A DNA stretch of 64,000 nucleotides from assembly GCA_963669175.1 (NCBI GenBank), contig OY769902.1, forward strand, positions 4,928,001 through 4,992,000. Reading direction: 5' to 3'. The notes under the pieces were generated by a model, which saw only the letters and a program-made list of their open reading frames with translations, had not been told where the DNA came from and did not search any database. This document shows positions 58,846 to 64,000 of the stretch, piece after piece. The DNA comes from a bacterium (GTDB taxonomy: Bacteria > Electryoneota > Electryoneia > Electryoneales > Electryoneaceae). Each line of letters opens with the position of its first letter. Position 1 is the stretch's first letter. The translations under genes and the position numbers were made by a program.

Positions 58846-60420
58846 ATGCGCACTGTTACCATTGCATTGCTGATTTTCATGTTGATTCTCCCCTGTGCTC
58901 TCCAGGCGCAGCAGATCAACCTGCAGGGCTCAAACGAGATGAAATGGGCCGATGGTGAAGAGACCCAGGGTGACGTGACCAGTTCCAAGCGTTACTTTGA
59001 AGACCGCCTGAACATGGATATGTTTTACGACAATATCCGTTTCGGCGCACGCTTCACCATGCTGCAACCTTCTGAATTCGGTGAAACCCGTCTCGGCAAT
59101 GAGACCCTGGAAAAGCGTTTTCTCGAATACCGGAACGATGACCGCACCTTCTACCTTCGTGCGGGCGATTTTTATACGACCTGGGGACGTGGGCTAACCC
59201 TCAACCTGATCGAGGATATTGACCTCGGCTTCGATTCCGGTCTTGACGGTCTGCTGGTTGGCAGCAACTGGCGCTTCCTGAAAGCGGAAGCGTTGAGCGG
59301 GCGCAGCACCAGCAATTACCTGGGCGCGGTACGTGAAGCCCAGATCAGCGGCGCCAATGTCGAAGCCGATCTGCCCCTGAATATTGACCTTGGTGTCAAT
59401 GCCATGTTGCTGACTCCGGCAGGGACGAATACATACGAAGAGAATCGTACCTATGGAGCGTACGCGGACTGGCAGGGCGACTGGGTTTCGGTATACGTCG
59501 AACACGCCCAGGAGTATGTAACACTGCCGACAGGCCATGCCAACGAAGACGACGACAACCGTGGCAGTTACATGTCCGTCAGCGCCTACAAGGGCCAGTT
59601 CGGCATAATCCTCGACTATAAAAACTACCAGTATCACAAGTACGGTTCCGGTCAGGGCAGCAATAGTCCCTACGCCCCAACGGCCGATGCGCTGGCGTTC
59701 CATTCGCCGCCTGCAGTGCAGCGTGAATTCACCAGCAACCTGATGTCCAAGCATCCTCATATTGTCAAGTACAATGATGAAGTTGGCGGTCAGGTTGAGC
59801 TGACCTGGTCACCGGATTTCGCTACGATCTCCCTGTCTACCGCTCTGTCCAGCTCCCACGAGGATGAAGATTCCTGGATGCCGGTTCTGAAAGAAGAAAA
59901 CAGCCCTTACCGTGAGACTTTCATAGAGGTCAGCGCGTACCCGACCATGGGCAGTTACCTGCTGGCATGGGCTGGATACAACGAGGATCTGATCTTCAGC
60001 AAGACGATCAGCACCAGCTCTCGAGTTTCCTGGACCAAACGTATGGTGCTCGGCGGCGAGTATGAGACTGATTTGCCATTTGGTGGAATCACGGGGATTG
60101 TCAGTGCGGAAGGCATGAATGTTACGGAAATCCTGAACGATGACAGTGAAGTGGACCACATGGAAGCGCGCTTCGAACTGGGCGCGATATATATGGCCAA
60201 CTACACCATCATCGGCGCGCTGGAATGGTCCGAAGAACCGGACGATCTTGACGGAAAAGACACCTGGGTGAGCATCACCGGACGCGCGGTGATCGCGGAA
60301 AACCATGAACTGCTGGTTACGGTGGGACGCGAACGTGGCGGCCTGGTCTGTTCTTCCGGCAAATGCCGTACAGTGACTCCGTTCAGCGGTGTAAAGATTG
60401 GCCTGGTCAGCATTTTCTAA
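58846..60420 (+). CDS. DUF6029-like outer-membrane protein
   Basis: Signal peptide; GDFY..WGRGL.L, DYKNY, G.ERGGLVCSSGKCR.V.PF.G; C-terminal Phe; adjacent to tlpA. Confidence 0.8.
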   Translation: MRTVTIALLIFMLILPCALQAQQINLQGSNEMKWADGEETQGDVTSSKRYFEDRLNMDMFYDNIRFGARFTMLQPSEFGETRLGNETLEKRFLEYRNDDRTFYLRAGDFYTTWGRGLTLNLIEDIDLGFDSGLDGLLVGSNWRFLKAEALSGRSTSNYLGAVREAQISGANVEADLPLNIDLGVNAMLLTPAGTNTYEENRTYGAYADWQGDWVSVYVEHAQEYVTLPTGHANEDDDNRGSYMSVSAYKGQFGIILDYKNYQYHKYGSGQGSNSPYAPTADALAFHSPPAVQREFTSNLMSKHPHIVKYNDEVGGQVELTWSPDFATISLSTALSSSHEDEDSWMPVLKEENSPYRETFIEVSAYPTMGSYLLAWAGYNEDLIFSKTISTSSRVSWTKRMVLGGEYETDLPFGGITGIVSAEGMNVTEILNDDSEVDHMEARFELGAIYMANYTIIGALEWSEEPDDLDGKDTWVSITGRAVIAENHELLVTVGRERGGLVCSSGKCRTVTPFSGVKIGLVSIF

Positions 60421-60464
60421 GCTGAATCAGCAATTACCCGGCTGAACTCGATACGACACTTTAT

Positions 60465-60499
60465 AGCCTGTTTCACGTTCCGGTGAGACAGGCTTTTTT
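60465..60499 (+). terminator. Intrinsic terminator
   Basis: AGCCTGTTTCAC...GTGAGACAGGCT followed by a T tract. Confidence 0.75.
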
Positions 60500-60602
60500 C
60501 TTGTTGCATTTACAGGATGCAAAGGATGATAAGGATATTCAGGATAAACGACTTGAATGCAATAACTGTGGAACTTTGAACTTTCAAACTTTCCAACTCT
60601 AG

Positions 60603-61072
60603 CCCGAATATTTCATGAACGGAACATGGATATTCATCTTAACACAGTTCATATCAACACAATACAACTGATTCATACAGCATTTTTCAGGGGACAGTTT
60701 GCTCCGGTATCCCTTTGCGTGTCTATTCCCTGTTTCGCTGGCAAAATAGGCTGAGAATCGGCAACCGCCCCGGCAGGGGCAACCTGTATTAGCCCCGGGC
60801 AGCCGCCGTCAGTTTGGCGGCTACCCGGGGAGATAATGCGCACCATATATTTACTCCGGAAGGAGTAACCTGATAAATATCAAAAGTATACAGTGGAAAT
60901 ATTTAGGCAACCCGCTGCCGGGGTTGGCAAGTAGCGTACATCCTATTCCCACCGTGAGCGCCAAACAGACGGCGCTGGACGGTGGGCTAATACAGAGAAC
61001 CACTGCCGTGGTTCTTGTACTGGCCATTCCATCAAATACCAAATTTGAAATTGCATTGGTGAAATATTCGGG
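60603..61072. mobile_element. Non-autonomous MITE-like element, copy 2 (470 bp)
   Basis: Same TIRs as copy 1, flanked on both sides by CTAG; about 4 substitutions versus copy 1; same orientation. Confidence 0.92.
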
Positions 61073-61239
61073 CTAGAGAGGGTGGCTTGATCCGCAAGAG
61101 ATGATACTGCCACTCTGACTGCAGCAAATATACTCCCATTTCTTATGATTTCTTTGCTGCATTCTGAGCGCATCGGGACAAGGACTTTTAAACTTCAGAA
61201 AGATTCAAACAGGATGACTAACCTCTTTAATTTAATTAA

Positions 61240-61303
61240 AATAGACCGCCGCCGGGCAGTCACCTTCGCAAGCTACGGCGACTTCAAGCCGGCGGGGCCA
61301 ATA
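61240..61303. repeat. GC-rich palindromic repeat of the 15771-15969 family
   Basis: AATAGACCGCCGCCGGGCAGTC...CTTCAAGCCGGCGGGGCCAATA. Confidence 0.75.
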
Positions 61304-61347
61304 AGTTACTTTAGAACTTTGCAACTTGTAAACTTTCCAACTATTAC

Positions 61348-62643
61348 TCATTCCTTTTCCAGATGCTGAAGCGCTTCTTCTCTCATTTTTGTCAGGCGTT
61401 TCAAGTCATCCTTTTTACGGTCCATCTGGGCTTTATTCAGAGGGATAGCGTGCGCTTCTTCGGCATAGCGAATCACCGCGTTCCAGTCTTCCTGCGCGGA
61501 GGCGATTTTACCCAGGCGGTGCAAAGCCCCGATCTCCCGGACCACATTCCTGACTGGAGCGCCACGTAACGACTGGACAAACTCGTCATAGCGCGCACGC
61601 GCCCGTGTCCAGTCCTCGGCTTTAAAACAGGCTTTCCCTGCCGGTTCCAGGAAAGCGCGACATCCGGGGAAAACCAGCAGCATGGAATCCGCTATCGCCG
61701 CCGCTTCATCGTAGCGTTCTTCCTCGATCAGCAGCCAGCTCAGGTATCCCGCCGCAGCATTACGTGAATAACTGCCGGATTGCATCACCGAGCGGATATT
61801 TTCCAGCGCCTTTTCGCGGTTATCGCGTTTGAATGGTGTCCAGCCCAGTGTCTTGCTCACCCAGTAGTCGTACAGGGAAGAACTGAGCATCGCATCGGTT
61901 AGTGTGCTGTCCAGTTCATAGGCCTCACGCATGTATTTAGCGCTCTTCATCGACGGCCCAAACGCGCTGAAGGTGTGCCCATCCGACTCCGCACGAACTG
62001 CGTCCAATCCATACAAAGATCCCAGGCCGAATAGAGCAGCCGCCTTCAATTGAAGATTTTCCTGCTCTTCAGCGATTTCGACCAGATGCTCGAACAACGC
62101 TTCACTACCGGCTCGAAGCGAATCATAGTTGGCAAATGTAACAGTAGCACAGGTATTGGGTGCGATACTGTCCACTGTTGGTTCTACAGGATCACAGAAG
62201 AAAACCTCGACAGGTTGTGCCAGGGCTGTGGTATCTCCAATGTCGGAATAGCGTGTCAAATAATAGGCGCTGGCAATCACGAACGGCCAGCAGGAATTGT
62301 CAATCGTACAACGGGAAAGATTCCTGAAAGGCGCTGGCGAGACTGAATCGCATGGCGAAAAACAACTTCGCGCCAATTCGAACCAGTCAGAGAACATGGC
62401 CGTTGAATAGTATTCCAGTACTGTAAAAGGCACATATCCGGCTCCATCATCTTGTGAAGCCTCGATAACTGGATCAAAGGGGAAGTTTTGCGAAAAAGGA
62501 GTGCAAATTTCCGGAGATTTTACCCGGAAAGCGGTGAAATACAAGTGTTCCTGCTCGTTGTCCCGGGAAGCAAATACAGAACCCTGAGCCAACAGAAACA
62601 AAATCAATATAACTACTACGTTTTTTCTCGAATACTTTATCAT
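61348..62643 (-). CDS. Secreted TPR-like repeat protein
   Basis: Signal peptide; helical repeats (A.ELD....DA, EE.YDEA, W..A...Y). Confidence 0.75.
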   Translation of the reverse strand: MIKYSRKNVVVILILFLLAQGSVFASRDNEQEHLYFTAFRVKSPEICTPFSQNFPFDPVIEASQDDGAGYVPFTVLEYYSTAMFSDWFELARSCFSPCDSVSPAPFRNLSRCTIDNSCWPFVIASAYYLTRYSDIGDTTALAQPVEVFFCDPVEPTVDSIAPNTCATVTFANYDSLRAGSEALFEHLVEIAEEQENLQLKAAALFGLGSLYGLDAVRAESDGHTFSAFGPSMKSAKYMREAYELDSTLTDAMLSSSLYDYWVSKTLGWTPFKRDNREKALENIRSVMQSGSYSRNAAAGYLSWLLIEEERYDEAAAIADSMLLVFPGCRAFLEPAGKACFKAEDWTRARARYDEFVQSLRGAPVRNVVREIGALHRLGKIASAQEDWNAVIRYAEEAHAIPLNKAQMDRKKDDLKRLTKMREEALQHLEKE

Positions 62644-62692
62644 GAAAAATCCGGCAATACTGCTTCACCACAAGCCAGGTGTTTTGCCCTCA

Positions 62693-64000
62693 TCAATCCA
62701 TCCGGTTGGGAGCATTCCAGAAGAAGCGAACAAGGGCAAGATCTGTCCCCAGCCAAACCCAGTCTCCCTCGGGCATAATATCAAACACGATCCGTCCGGG
62801 CAATCCTTCTTTCCTGCTGTAACGTACAACCTTAAATGGTTCCGGCTGAAATTTCACCAGTCCCATATCCGTCCCCAACCACCAGAAACCGCCAAATCGC
62901 TCGATGGAATATACACTACCGTTACGATACATATCTGCCGGGAGAGTCTGCCAGTCACGATCCCCCTTCTGCTTCCAGGCGAATCCTGTGTAGTCGGCGA
63001 TAGCCATCCAGCCATCTTCAACATACAATGCTGTTGGCGCAGATGTTGATGCGACACTCAACGGTGTCTGCCTTGCGACCCAACTGCCATCAGGATCCAG
63101 TCGCCATAATGCACCGATGGTTGCGGCCCAGACAGTGTCGCCATCGGCATGGACCTGGGTAAAGGGTGAGTTGGCCGGAACGGGATACAGGGTTGCATCC
63201 GGGTTAAACGCAATAAAAGACTCACTGCCGATCATCGACAACCCATTTTCTGTTGCCACCCAGGCATTCGGGCCGACTACTGCGATATCTCGAATCCTGT
63301 TCCTGGGTAATCCCTGCTTACGAGTGACATGACGCCATTCATCGTTACGATAGTACATTACCCCTTCAGAAGTAGCGATCCAGACAGTGCCATCCGGGCC
63401 AAGCTCCAACTGGGTTACCTCACCGGGCTCAAGGCCATATTCAATGCCCGGCGCCAGGAATTGCCAGGCATTACCCTCACGTGGTCGTTTCCACACCCAT
63501 CCACGATCATTGGTCAGATGATTTGCCACCCACACATTGTCGTAGTCAACCGCCAATCCCATGGCCGGACCGGGACCACCGGGGTACAATTCAATCCGTT
63601 GCGTATATTTGTCACATACTCCAAAGCCGAATCCCTTCCACGCGAACACCATTAATCCGCGTTCGTCTTCCGCGCCGAATTCGAATTCCCATTCTTCAAA
63701 CTTGTATTTCAATGCGCGCTTGGGGGTAATGCTGTACCCATGCGGTAATATCATGCCCTGTTCCGGCTTGGCCTGAACCGGCTTACTCTGACCGATTCTC
63801 GCCATCAAGGATTCATCCGGCACCGCTATCGAGTCCCATAGCGCACTGCTATTTTCACGTTTAAACCAACCATGAGTGGTAAAGACATAAAGATCACTGG
63901 TGAGGGGATCTTCGAGTACGTTATAACAATCCGTCAGCAGGTAATTCCGTCCCAGGTGTCCGGGTACGCTGAACCATGGATAGAGCCACTGGTACGTATC
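62693..64000 (-). CDS. Beta-propeller (two-component regulator propeller-like) protein, 5'-truncated by window edge
   Basis: Frame is open to the window end; VWIATSEG, WVATENGL, WLGTDMGL and GLP...V blades. Confidence 0.8.
   Translation of the reverse strand, partial: DTYQWLYPWFSVPGHLGRNYLLTDCYNVLEDPLTSDLYVFTTHGWFKRENSSALWDSIAVPDESLMARIGQSKPVQAKPEQGMILPHGYSITPKRALKYKFEEWEFEFGAEDERGLMVFAWKGFGFGVCDKYTQRIELYPGGPGPAMGLAVDYDNVWVANHLTNDRGWVWKRPREGNAWQFLAPGIEYGLEPGEVTQLELGPDGTVWIATSEGVMYYRNDEWRHVTRKQGLPRNRIRDIAVVGPNAWVATENGLSMIGSESFIAFNPDATLYPVPANSPFTQVHADGDTVWAATIGALWRLDPDGSWVARQTPLSVASTSAPTALYVEDGWMAIADYTGFAWKQKGDRDWQTLPADMYRNGSVYSIERFGGFWWLGTDMGLVKFQPEPFKVVRYSRKEGLPGRIVFDIMPEGDWVWLGTDLALVRFFWNAPNRMD

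Overview
64 kb of bacterial chromosome, probably from an FCB-superphylum lineage outside Bacteroidetes (Calditrichota/Electryoneota/Zixibacteria-like). This is inferred from eight proteins carrying a 'YPNPFN...G(V/T)YF' secretion C-terminal sorting domain, plus GWxTD and DUF6029 genes. Housekeeping and envelope genes include smc, clpB, a cbpA-like DnaJ, an RlmD-like methyltransferase, wza/wzc, a TonB receptor and two sensor kinases. A thiol-redox cluster surrounds an ECF sigma/zinc anti-sigma pair (54.6-60.4 kb). I found no rRNA, tRNA, CRISPR array, transposase, integrase or reverse transcriptase. The best non-routine signals are: (1) a 470-bp non-autonomous element in two ~99% identical copies, with 13-bp TIRs and different 4-bp YTAR duplications, both inserted directly after TTTCCAACT in an octamer tandem repeat; (2) a shared ECF-type promoter motif in front of two redox genes; (3) a long hairpin in the smc leader; (4) tandem secreted proteins with near-identical sorting-domain DNA but divergent passenger regions; (5) several REP-like repeat families. 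All product calls come from motif recognition only, with no database searches.
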